64,000 nt of DNA, taken from positions 48,298,001 through 48,362,000 of the forward strand of contig CM060734.1 in assembly GCA_030704615.1 (NCBI GenBank), read 5' to 3'. This stretch comes from Takakia lepidozioides. Taxonomy: Eukaryota > Plantae > Bryophyta. Under the pieces are notes generated by a model. It was not told where the DNA came from and made no database searches. It saw only the letters and a program-made list of their open reading frames with translations. Shown piece by piece: positions 1-11,727 of this stretch; position 1 is the stretch's first letter; each line of letters opens with the position of its first letter. Position numbers and translations under genes: made by a program.

Positions 1-2714
1 TCAGCAAAAGTTGTGCCACCCTGGTTTCCTATTACAATGAGACTGTCTCCACTGTAGTGCGGCCAGGATCCCATTTCACAACTCCAAACTAAACCTCACA
101 CCAATCATGTCACCGTCCCAATAAAACTACGTACCTTGGGCCCTCTCTCAAGCTGTCCAGATACTGTCACTTATTATTATGCCTTCCCCCCATTGAAAAC
201 ATGTCATAACAAACGCCAAACAAGCTATATCTTCGTTTCTTCACCACGAGCTCCATGACAGCTTCATGGTGGGTCCCCTGCACTTTTCCTCCTGCAGGCA
301 TGAACTGACTGGATGCGACAGGTGCTGTCATAACTGGCAGCACCTAATCAACCAGCACAAACACCCACACCCAGACAGTTAAGTAGGTACAGATTGTGAT
401 ATCATACTAAAATGGGGCAAAGCCATTGAAAGTTTTCGCTCTTGATTTCTATCGGGAGAACAACCATCCATGCGATACGCTTAGCCCAACAATAAACTTC
501 ACACATATACACATCCTCCGGGCCCACAAATATTTGACTACTGGTTGGCTCAACAAAAGCAGCTCACATCTCCGTTGTTCCCTCTGTCGATTATCGGCGG
601 ATGACCGAATTGGCTGCTTATAGATTGCTATTTGCATTGAAATGATTCTGACCCTGGTCAACTTGTTTACTTTTGTCGCATGGCCAGCCTGGGTTGATCA
701 GATCGGTGCCGAGGAGTCTGAGTTGGGTTCGTCAACATCCTCGAGCAAAGAATACAATACATACATTGATTGGGCACTTGCACTGACTTGTCATCAGGCA
801 ATCTTATCGACGTCGCGCCAAACTTGGATGCTTGCTCCGTTGCACGCGTCAACAATTCTGCTTTACCTAGATTTTGGATCTAGCATAGAGATCCCCATTT
901 CTTGGAGGGTGGGCTCCACATGTGAGCTCAGACCCTACAGATAGGTGGCAGTGTCCGCAACAAGAAGCGGCTTTGACTCAGCAAACACTCCCTTAAAAAA
1001 AACCGGGAAAGAAAAATCTGAGCAAATAGTTCAGGGAGATCGGATGGCTAGGTCTATGCGGGGGAGAAGGCATCTGGAAGAATAGTCTGAGGATAGTTGA
1101 GGGTAGACTGGCACATCATGTGTAGAATATAAAGTAAGGAGGGTGCAAGGCTGGCTTGGCTAGGTGCTCATGCTCATGAGGAGATGGATGGCGACTCGCG
1201 AGGCCCTTCTGGGTCCAACCAGGCATGCATTATATAAGCTCAAAGAGCTTATTAGACACAAGAAAGCAGGGTATAAACGTATGTACAATAAGCAAAGTGG
1301 GGTCCTCCAGAAAGCAGCACAAATTCGCGAGATTCTCTAAGATGGATCGGAACTGAGCCTGATGCGCACATATACCGCCAAGCAATTCTGATACTGCTAA
1401 TGTAAGAAATCAGTAAGGGGGTGGATAGGCAACAGTATCGTCCCGGATCTGTAGGACGGAATGTCCTTCATTCTCTCTCCACTCTGCAATCTCTATCGTA
1501 AGCAGTCAGCGTCGTCCCATCTACCACATCTGTACTCGGGTTGTGTCAGCCAACACTGAAAGAATGGGCGAACATTCATTGTGGTTTCTGGATTTGTTCG
1601 ACTCTCATGTTTTCTTCCATTTTGTCCCATAAGCTCTATGAGCTTTCCGCGGACGTTATAAAGCACCATTTCATTTCATTTCCATGTGCAGCACCTGTGC
1701 CTGTCCTCGACATGATCATTGGCATGGCTCTGACGCGGTGGAATGGGTGCTTCAATGTGCTGCTGTAGCCACAACCCCAGCTCAGGCCCATGCAGCTCAC
1801 TGCCCCATGAAATGCAGGATGTTGGGATGGGCCCTTGTGATCTGGTTGGATCAAATTTTTTTGGAGTTCACTGCGATGTCATATATCCTGTACGAGGTAA
1901 TGTTCCTGCCCAAGCATTTGAGAATTCTTGCTGATGTCCAGAACGGGACTGGTCCAGATGGAAGTATCCAAATCTCCTTTCCTACTGAGGAACTCTCTCC
2001 ACATGCAAGTTCAGAGTCCATAAAATATTTTGGCATAGTGAAAAAACCTAGTGAAGCATGGATAATACACAAGTTTGATAGTTCATTGATGGAGGGCAGA
2101 TTGAGAGAAGGTACAAGCACATGATGTCTAGTGTCATATCCACAAGGACGCTAAGAATTGAACCACCACCTCATAGCTGTCCTTAAGAGCTTGAGACAAG
2201 TCTGGCACAGTCTAAGGATACACATGAATGAAGTTACATTGATGTTCCTCCGTGCCATAAGATGGGTGGATAGATACCGCAATCCTGCTTGACAGCAACT
2301 CCAGATTAGGAAAGAAATGATGAAGTCTCTTTCCCCACAATCGCTGCATTGTTGCGCCAGTGTGCGTTTGGGCATGTCTCACCTTAGTTTCTCTGATTTT
2401 GTTCAGGCGTGGAGTAATCTGTGAAAAGCTGGTGTAGGAGAAAGGGCTGGGAGTCATGGAAAGTGTGCAAACAGTGTAGGATCTCAAATTGCCCGCCATG
2501 TTTCCACCAAGCCAGCAGACAAACCATATGCATGGACTTCTATTTCCTCCTTTGTGAAAGTTCCTCGTGTACATGCAATATCACAAGTCAACAACATCAC
2601 AATGTCTACCTTGGTTGAAGGTGGGAACTCAGATCTCCACTCATGCCATCAATGATGTGGACCCTGATCATATGTTATTGGAGGCAATTCTATGGCACTG
2701 CATGTTGTTGATTG

Positions 2715-3112
2715 TCAGATGTCATGGGACAGCCACAATTGTATCACTGCTCTCTCCCATGACCGCCTAACAATCTTCAAGATGAACTTAGTGGCTGTGT
2801 AGAAGTCACCAGACACCCTAAGGTTGTGATGCGGAGAGGCGTTCCAGGGGAGGGTGCCCAAGGCCAAAAAATCAATGGACAGCCTCTGACTGTTGTGACA
2901 AAGAGAGAATTCTTTTATCTCCTCCTCCACATCACGCAAGAAGTGTCAGGCACATACCCAGCCTCCTTCATCTGGCCAGACAATCTCTTCAGCTCAGCAT
3001 GGATTTTGCAGTTGTTGACCTCAACATAGCACCACCCTGGCCTCTTTATCGCACGTCTGTCCTGCCTCATTTCTTACCTTTGCTCCGTTGTCCCACCTGC
3101 CAACTGCAGCAA
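2715..3112 (-). pseudogene. Frameshifted E2/E+/DYW deaminase remnant of the PPR gene
   Basis: Out-of-frame pieces on the minus strand: SNIFAAVGRWD, KRPGWCYVEVNN (PG box), KIHAELKRLSGQMKEAGYVPDT, CHNSQRL (HxE motif degraded) and NLRVSGDFYTATKFI (CxxC lost). Confidence 0.85.
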
Positions 3113-5188
3113 AGATGTTGGATTTTGCTGGAGATCCCACTTGAGAAGGCAGTTTGCCATATGTTCTGCTAGCTCCACATTGCCATAAATGCTGCAGGCA
3201 CTAAGCAATCCCACCCACACTGAAGAATCAAGTTTGATTGGCAGATTGTTAATAAACTTTTCTGCCTCATCCAATCGCCCTGCACGGCCTAGAAGGTCTA
3301 CCATGCAGCCAAAATGCTCGACTGTAGGATTCACACCATGATCTTGACACATGGAACAGAAGTAGTGAAAGCCTTCATCCACTAGGCCCCCATGGCTACA
3401 GGCAGAGAGAAGACATGTAAAAGTGATACCATTCGGCTTCAAACCTTCCTTCTGCATTTGTTCAAATAGTTGGAGGGCTTCCCTACCACACCCCTGCTGA
3501 CCATATCCTGCTATCATCGCAGTCCAGGAGACTGCATTTCGCTGAGCCATATTATCAAACACGTGACGCGCATCGTCCATGCTCCCACATTTGGCATACA
3601 TGTTTGCAAGGGCAGTTTCCAGAATGATATCTGGAGCAATTCCAGCTTTGGTGATGTCAGCGTGTACCTCTTTGCCCTTTTCCAGGGCTGCCAGGTTGGC
3701 ACATGCATTGAGAACGCAAACAAACGTGACCTTATCCGGCGTCATCCCTTCCTGTATCATTTGCTCATAGATCTCCAAAGCCTCCCTACCACACTCATGC
3801 TGGCTGTATCCTGCAATCATCATGTTCCATGAGACTACATTTCGTTCAGCCATATTATCAAACACTTGACGTGCATCCTTTACGCTCTCGCATTTGGAAT
3901 ACATGTTAGCCAGGGCAGTCTCCAGAATAATGTCTGGTGCAATCCCAGCTTTGATGATGTCAGCATGGACCTCTTTGCCCTTTCCCTTGTCTGCCAGGCT
4001 TGCACAGGCATTGAGAATACAAATAAACACGACCTTGTCCGGTGTCACCCCTTCCCGTATCATTTGCTCATAGATCTCCAAAGCCTCCCTACCACACCCA
4101 TGCTGAACATATCCTGTGATCATTGCACTCCATGAGACGACATTTCGTTTAGCCATATTGTGGAACACTCGACAAGCATCCATCATACTCCCACATTTCG
4201 CATACATGTCGACAACGGCCGTCTCCAGAAACACATCTGCTGGAAATTCAGCTTTCAAGATGGCACCATGGACCTCTTTGCCCTTCTCCAGGTTACCTAG
4301 GCTAGCACATACCTTGAGAATGCAAATGAACACAACCTTGTCTGGAGCCAGTGCTTCCCGTTTCCTTAGATCGTACATCTCCAAGGCCTCCCTACAACAG
4401 CCATGCTGACTGTATCCCGTAATCATCACATTCCACGAGACAACATTTCGTTCAGTCATATTATCAAACACTTGACGTGCATCCGTTAAGCTTCCACATT
4501 TCGCATACATGTCAACAAGGGCCGTCTCCAGAATCATATCTGGTGCAATTCCAGATTTCTTGATGTCAGCATGGACCTCTTTGCCTTTTTCCAGGGCTCC
4601 TAGGCTGCCACATGCCTTGAGAATGCAAATGAAGGTGACCCTATTTGGCTTCACCCCTTCCTGGATCATTTGTTGATAGATTTTGAGTGCCTCCCTCCCA
4701 CACCCGTGCTTTGCATATCCTGCTATCATTATAGTCCATGTAAACAAATTTCGTTCGGGCATTTTGTCAAACACTTGGCCTGCATCCAGCAGACTCCCGC
4801 ACTTTGCATACATGTTGACAATGGTGTTGAGTAGAAAGATGCTAGGCTTGAATTCACGTCGGGTAATGTGTGCATGCACCTGCTTTCCCTTTTCTAGGTC
4901 TTTACTCTCGATGCATTGCTGCAGGAGAGACACATAAGTATTAGAGTCTGCAGAAATGTGCAGCAACCCTTCCAATTGTCCTGCTTTACATAGTGTCCTC
5001 ACATCCCTACAAGTGTCAGGCGAGTTTGTGTCAATGCCCTCTGGTAGTCCTCTTTCAAAAGCAGTGGTCATTGTGGAGGTGCCTGAATCAAATAATTGGG
5101 CCTGATTCAACCATGCCATCCTGCATGACCACATCCTGCATCTCTTGGTCACGGCCTGCATCGCCTGGTCACAGCCCTCTACACTCAC
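3074..5188 (-). CDS. PLS-class pentatricopeptide repeat protein (organellar RNA-editing factor type), truncated in the E domain
   Basis: Intronless 704-aa ORF of ~101-aa P-L-S triplets (VVSWxxMIxGY / VxFxCxLxAC / LETALxxMYAKCG), ending in P2-L2-S2 and EHFGCMVDLLGRAG. The likely true ATG is at 5119 (MAWLNQAQLFDSGT, matching the paralog's MAGFHQAPLFESGT). Confidence 0.93.
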   Translation of the reverse strand: MSVEGCDQAMQAVTKRCRMWSCRMAWLNQAQLFDSGTSTMTTAFERGLPEGIDTNSPDTCRDVRTLCKAGQLEGLLHISADSNTYVSLLQQCIESKDLEKGKQVHAHITRREFKPSIFLLNTIVNMYAKCGSLLDAGQVFDKMPERNLFTWTIMIAGYAKHGCGREALKIYQQMIQEGVKPNRVTFICILKACGSLGALEKGKEVHADIKKSGIAPDMILETALVDMYAKCGSLTDARQVFDNMTERNVVSWNVMITGYSQHGCCREALEMYDLRKREALAPDKVVFICILKVCASLGNLEKGKEVHGAILKAEFPADVFLETAVVDMYAKCGSMMDACRVFHNMAKRNVVSWSAMITGYVQHGCGREALEIYEQMIREGVTPDKVVFICILNACASLADKGKGKEVHADIIKAGIAPDIILETALANMYSKCESVKDARQVFDNMAERNVVSWNMMIAGYSQHECGREALEIYEQMIQEGMTPDKVTFVCVLNACANLAALEKGKEVHADITKAGIAPDIILETALANMYAKCGSMDDARHVFDNMAQRNAVSWTAMIAGYGQQGCGREALQLFEQMQKEGLKPNGITFTCLLSACSHGGLVDEGFHYFCSMCQDHGVNPTVEHFGCMVDLLGRAGRLDEAEKFINNLPIKLDSSVWVGLLSACSIYGNVELAEHMANCLLKWDLQQNPTSLLQLAGGTTEQR

Positions 5189-7914
5189 AACTCACATAAC
5201 AGATCTCACAGCTCATAAATTACTTCAAAGACAGACTTCTTCCATGAGGACAGGCTCCTTGCAACGCATTAACAGGGATGGAAAATCCTTCGAGAATATG
5301 CTGTACCATCATTTATTTGAGGTGAAAACCTAAGACCACTAAAAGATAAAAACAACCCGTGAAACTCTCGGCCTGAAGCTCTATGGTGTGCAGGGACACG
5401 AGAACCATGATGAGATTGTGCTCGACCTTGTATCGTGGGAGATGGCTCTTCTTTCACCCAGGGAGGCTTCGACCAACCGTCCATCTCAAGGTCCTCCTTC
5501 GTACGCTGATGTCTGAAATCTGGTAACCTTGGACTTTCCTGCAAAAGCCACCGGTGGGCATCTGAGTTGCCATAGCTTCAACCACAGCCTATCCAGAGAA
5601 GGCTACGACCACGAGAGCTCAAACCTCTTTACAGTAACATTGAACAACCTTGAACACCCTCCTTTCTAAAAAACTACTTATGGTAGCAGTAAGAACAGTT
5701 TTTGCTGGTTTTCAGGAAGCAGAGCAAAGTTGTCCACAAACAACTGGAGATACGACCCAGTCTACAAAACATCATCATGCCAGTTTCAGTCACAAGCTCT
5801 GCTGCAGTCTCAAGTGAAGGTAGCCTCAACCATATGAAGCCTGTTGTCCCACCACTGTGAAGCAACTGAGACCAACTCCCAGAGCCATTCTTTGCTCATT
5901 GCTTGATCTGCAAGGAAGAACTGCAAGAATCGTGTGTCCGTACCTTCCTTCGCACTTGTTGCAGGCCGGGGACGCGTCACAGCCATCACTTGCAAGGGCC
6001 TGGGCTCAGGAGTCCGAAGCTGGATGCCCATTTCCACGCCACATACTGGCGCGAGAATCTGGTGTATGACATGAGGCCTCCTGCCCACTCGGTGCAAGAA
6101 CAAAACGGGCTGGAGAATGAGAAAGGCTGCCATGCCTGCGCTCAACCAGCTTCAGTCGGAGCTCTCAAATCTCCTTGCCTTCACGATCTTGGCCGAAAAA
6201 TCGCATTCCCATCACAAAAATTGCTTGCAGAAAGTATCAGCTCAATTTCAAATCTCTGGCGCCGATTCAATGATCAACCAAACAAACAAGAGAAGGGTTC
6301 TGATGAGCACAGAATCTCACGCAAGAACATGCGAGATACTCCGGAGATGGATATCAAGTCAAATCCTACCCCACCCCTTCTTACCCCTATTAAAATTTCA
6401 GAAGAGAGGCTCGGTTTTTATACAGTGCCGAGTAGGTATAGCCCTTCAAGTCACCGTAACTTCCGCTTCCTTCGGGAGGCATCGTTATTATTCTTTCCTA
6501 GTATACATTTTATCCCTCAAGTGCCCAGACTCATTTTCACCCTCTAGTGGAAAAACATGACCCTGGCCCACAAAAACATTTTTATCTGGAAAATCTCTAT
6601 GTCCCTGTAAAACTGACCGTTGGAATTACTTCCCACCTACCCCACCTCCTGCCACAAAAAGTTTCATCAAATTCCAACTGCCAGATCAGAAGATTATAAA
6701 GTGTAGAGTGGGGACAAAAAAAACTCTTCACTAAGAAATAGGTGCCAAAACGTATTTGGGCAGTTTTAATTTCTCTTTTTTTGAGAGTCTCAAGAATGTT
6801 GTACCATACCTGATAACACACATCCTCATAATTTTTCAGTTTTTTTTTAAATGTTCTCAAGTGGGCTCCTTTGTAGTGACAAATTGGGGGGTCAAAATAT
6901 GCCATTTTCTTTGGGCAGGCCAAAATATCTCTTCCTAAAATTATACAAACAAATTCATCCGTTCAATTCCTAATCCCTCCGGTTGAAGTGTCATGAACAT
7001 CCATATGAGATCCCCAAAAAAGTTTGGGACCAATCGATAATTGCCCTCACATCTTTAGGTTCCCTGCCCAAGACTTCAAATGGCACACCTATGGTATAGC
7101 CTGCAAGCCTAGGATATTTGGAGCCATAGCCCAGAAGGGCACGGGGTTTGGGAGCTCCTCTGGCTACCCGGCCCTGCTTTCATGGGGGGCCACTCCACCC
7201 TCAACCCTCTCAAACCCCCACCATAGGTCTGGCCCACCCCTCATGGCGTTTTTCTTGAGCCTTGAGCTCTGCCACCATCACAACTACACTCCCTCCAGTC
7301 CACCCTGCATGACGTTGGCCGGAGCTGCCATCGCCGTCGATTCACACTAGGGCCCAGGCCTGGGAAGGCCTAGGCCTGCGCCAGGCGCCATGCCCCCACG
7401 GGGCAATCAAGGGGTTTGGGGGAGCGTGTCGCCCTAACCTTTATGGGGTATCTTTCAGTCACCCCAACCTGACCGCAGTTGCCATGTCAGCAACTTGGGT
7501 TGGTTAGGGGGGCCAAATTGGCCTCAAAAAGCTGAGTGTGCCCTCCTTCCAATTGGTCCAGACCCATACCCCTTCGGACATTGACCAATTGGCCAATGCC
7601 ATATGAACGGGGACCCGATTTTCTATCGATTGAGCCCAAAAAACACCCAATCAGCCTTAACCCTGAACCACATGAAGTTATGGCTGGTTAAGCAAACCCA
7701 ACCGACCCAGAATGGGTCGCTTGGGCACTTTAAGGGTTATACAGTCAAAGGACGCCATGAATGTGATAAAGGTGAAGGGCTGTGTAAAGTCTGCACCAAG
7801 GAAACATTGAGAAAAATAGTATTTGGAGGCTGAAATCCATTGGTGGTATAGCCAACTCCGGGTATATATGTGAAAGAACTCAATTGTGCTGTTTGTTGCA
7901 TAGCCGTAATGTTT

Positions 7915-8279
7915 GTTGCATACCCTTTCAGCAGCATCTCCACTCCGCACGTGATCTTCTTCCGGCACCGGTGCGAGCATGTCTACCACCATTTGAGCAG
8001 CTGGTTGCTCAATGCCTAGACCATCTTCAGGGGTCCATTTCCGAGCACGTGCACCGTCATTCCTTTTCCGGCATGCTCTCAAGTGCTTCTTCTGAGTTGC
8101 ATCAGGCCCAACTTCTATCATGCGCAGGACCTGAAGCAGGGGCGTGGTTGGCAGCACGACCCACTATCGTACCTTTCCGCCTCCCATCCCCTATTTTCAC
8201 TACTGCGCTCGGCCTTCGACTCGGTTTACCTCATCCTTCAGCATTGGGCCTTCAGAGATGTGTCTATCGTCAGCCCATC
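7915..8279 (+). mobile_element. 5'-truncated RLE-type (CRE/R2-like) non-LTR retrotransposon, left half
   Basis: LLSCAGPEAGAWLAARP...FTTALGLRLGLPHP...C is typical of the post-RT region of RLE LINEs. The reading continues at 31228 after the CATC duplication. The left boundary is approximate. Confidence 0.75.
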
Positions 8280-8376
8280 TGTCGTGCGCATACGTATCGC
8301 TACACAACTACATCGCTGTCCAAACTACACCACACATATATGGACAATAAAGTAGTCTGTCACAATCGCCCCCCTA
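8280..8376 (-). repeat. E1 3' terminal segment B (8280-8364) preceded by polypurine tract (8365-8376)
   Basis: Minus strand reads TAGGGGGGCGAT|TGTGAC...GCGATACGTATGCGCACGACA, homologous to E2 B1/B2. Confidence 0.85.
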
Positions 8377-8624
8377 GTTGGTGGATAGGTCCCTCTAACT
8401 CCAGATAGCTACAAGATGTAATAGCCACAGCCGTACTAAGTCCTCTATCACTGTCCCTATTGTACTCAAACTCTATAGACCAAGAGGCCAGGTACAAGAG
8501 TAGCCCCATCGTTAGTCGTCGTCTTGCAATCTGTGAACTTGAGCCAGGATCTCGTGTGTTCAAGGTCTCCTAATAGCTTGGTCTTGCATTTCTTGTTAGC
8601 TTTCCATGGTTGTATCCACTCCCA

Positions 8625-11600
8625 CTATCCAATGTAATGCGGACATAATCAATCCCCATCAGGAACCATCTGAAGAGGTGGAGTCAAACATCCCATATGC
8701 CAACCTCTAGAGCATCGATCACACACCAGCATGGTGGCTGCCCCTCTAGCAGACCCACACAACATGCACCTCAAACTTGCAGGTACCACTGCTAAGTTTG
8801 GGTCAATCCTACCATCGACATTCGGAAGGTGACATGGCGCACAATTACGCACATGGTCCTTCCAAGTTATGCCATCCCGACCCTCCAAGATCAAGACGCC
8901 TGAAGGCAATACCTCTCGAACCCTCAAAATAACACATCATGCAGTCACATCCAAGGTCGTAGGAGCAGTCTGCTGTAGATAAATATAGTCACCAGGGTTA
9001 AATCTCCGGATCCCAGGACGATAGCCCCCACCTCGTATGGTAGCATACCTCAACGTATCACGATGTTGTGCAATGGCAAGATTCTCGAAAGCCATGGGAA
9101 TTACTTTCTTGAACAACTCTGCACGTTGATCACATGCACGTGCCCACACATCCGGATCATCAAGGTTAAGAACTGTAGCAATTTCTCTACGAATGGATGT
9201 AGGCAAATCCGGCTCTCGGCCAAAGAGAAGAAAGTATGGTGAGAAGGAGGCAAGTGATGTTTGCTTGCTGAACCTGTAGCCCATGACTAACCAGGGTAAC
9301 TGAAGGTCCCAATCTCCTAGGTGTCCCTTCTGCAAGCCATACTTGCGCAAACCCCTCTTTACTGTCTGAACAACCCTCTCTGCCAAGCCATCGGCCTCAG
9401 GATGATCCCGAGAAGTGGTGCGGTGGTCTATCAAGGCCTTGTCACACAAAGCCTGAAACTCCCCCAAGAACTCTCTCCTTTGGTCCGTGAGTACCTCAGC
9501 TGGAGCACAAGTACACAATCCAAAAATGCATACGCATCTCCCTCACTAGCCTTATCAGGCAATGGAGCCAACTCGATCCACTTGGAGAAGTGCTCCACCA
9601 TCACCAATACGTACTTGTTGTGGCGCATGGTCAGTGGCAATGGCCCTGCGAAGTCAAGACTCCACTTGTAGCCCAATCCCATGATCGGAAGAGGGTGCAA
9701 TTGTGGAGTAGGGGCGTTGAATGAAGCACGCACCCTGTCACACACCATGCACCTAGCCACAAATTGTTGCACCTCTGTGTGCATACCACGCCACCAATAT
9801 TGCCCCTACAGTAGACTATGAGTGCGTCGCATCCCAAAATGCCCCAACTCCTCATGGGCATGCCGCACTAACCGTGCCCGCTGTGTTGGATGAGGCACAA
9901 TCCCCACTCGACCATCCTCCCACACTCGGAGTAGGTGTGTCCCCTCCCACTTGAACCTCTTGGCTCGTTGTAGGATCCGATCCCTCTCCTTGGCAGTCAA
10001 AGTGGCTGTCGTGTCTCCAGTGCGGAGGTAGTCCAACACATCTGAATCCTCATGTATATCTTTGGCGCCACCTTGCTCATTGCTGGCCTCAGGGTCCTCA
10101 GACACTTGATCTACAGTCATCCCTATTACAGGTCTAACCTTGCCTTCTGTTGCCAAGATACACAGAAATGCAGATGCATGCCATCCGGGCACCATCTCCT
10201 CGTCCGTCTCACCATGTTACCGAGCTCCAGTGTCATCCTGCTGGCTCGTGCATGGATTGTGACTCAACCCATCTGCATCCCGATTGACAAACCCGGTCGA
10301 TGCACAACCTAAAAGTCATACTCTTGAAGGATGAGTGCCTACCGTGCAAGCTTCCCCGTAAGCTTGTCTGACTCCATCAACCACTTGAGTGGTTGGTGAT
10401 CCGTGACAAGGGTGAAGAGATTGTCGTATAGATAGCACCTGAAGTGTGCCACGGCCCACACTACAGCTAAGCATTCTCCCTCATATGAGCTATACTTAGA
10501 CTCTGCAGCGTTGTTCGAGCGGCTAGCATAAGCCACTACAAACTCTCTTCCCTCATCATCCACCTGTGTGAGCACCACTCCAAGCCCTAGCATGCTCCAA
10601 TCTGTATGCAACTGAAAAGAACGCCCCCTGATAGGTCGTATCAAGATGGGCGCCGAGGTCAACCTCGCCTTGAGCTCTTGAAAAGCTTGTTCTTGCTCAT
10701 CTTCCCACTGCCACTCCTGGTCCACCTTGGTCAGTTTGGTTAGAGCCTTTGCAATGGCACTAAATCCCTTAACAAACCGTCTATAATAGTTTGCTAACCC
10801 CATGAAAGCTTGAACTCGGCTCACATCCGTGGGGCGTGGAATCTGTGCAATGGACTCTACCTTAGTCTGCTGTACCCCCAATCCTCCAGAATATATCATG
10901 TGACCCAGATACTCAATTTGGTTGTGGAAAAACTTGCACTTCCCCGGATGCAACTTCAATCCGTGCGCCCTTGAGCGCTCAAATACCACCTAAAGGTGTC
11001 TCTCATGCTCCTCCACCGTAGCACTAAAGATGATGATGTCATCTATGTAGCACCGAGCAAACTCCATGACTCTCTGAAACTCTGCAGGAGCGTTCTTAAG
11101 CCCAAATCGTAAGAACTGCCACTGGTATAGGCAATCCTTCCCGTGCTCATTGATCGCCCAGAATGCCGTCTTCTGCTTATCCGCCTCCTTGATCGGCAAC
11201 TAGTGATATCTGGATCGTAAATCCAAAGTGCTAAAGACCTTGGCATGCCCAATGGCATCAAAGATCTCCTCTGGTGCCGGCATGGCATACCTATCGGACT
11301 TGGTCTGATGATTTACAGACCGGTAATCACCGCACATACGTCTCTCCGTCCAATTGCCATAGACATCCTTCTTGGCTGGCATCACTGTGGCTGAAGCATA
11401 CATTCCCCCAGATAGCTCCACCAAACCAGCCTCCCAAAGGTCCTGAGTTCTTATCTGAATTAAGGACCTCTCCATGTCACTGTATCTATAGGGTCTCCGA
11501 AAGATTGGCGTGTCAGTAGCCAATTCAATGCGAATCTCTTGACCCTTCAGTGCTCCTAAGTCTTTCAAACTGAAGGCAAAGCAGTTCGTGTAAGCCCTCA

Positions 11601-11727
11601 AGAACCGCCGTATACGTCGTCTTTCCCCTCCGGTGACTATAGGTCCAACATCAGGCTCTCAGTTGTCCTCCGTGACTGCAACCTTGAGTCCAGCAGGCTT
11701 AGAGATAAAAGACGCGTCCCGTGGTTG
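8625..11727 (-). pseudogene. E1 pol: reverse transcriptase-RNase H-integrase-PHD finger (multiple stops)
   Basis: RMCGDYR, FSTLDLRS, YIDDIIIFS (RT); LHTDWS...ECLAVVWAV...TDH (RH); HHCC (HEELGH...CMVC), SLDF...TDQ...DGLAER (IN); CMLC...CDRCSRGWHMGCLTPPL (PHD). Confidence 0.93.

Noticed and set aside
1-2700. Short ORFs at the window start
   Set aside because: No recognisable motifs or consistent exon structure; left unannotated.
2715-3050. U-to-C type (DYW:KP/GRP) editing domain
   Set aside because: The box reads PGWCYVEV (PG type) and the C-terminus is too degraded to assign.
3470-4937. Plus-strand ORFs over the PPR gene (and similar antisense ORFs over the second PPR, pol and Copia regions)
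   Set aside because: Shadow frames of real coding sequence on the opposite strand.
5300-7850. 214-aa ORF 5903-6547 and a possible DNA transposon
   Set aside because: No domain recognised, the ORF runs into a dispersed repeat, and no convincing TIR or TSD was found.
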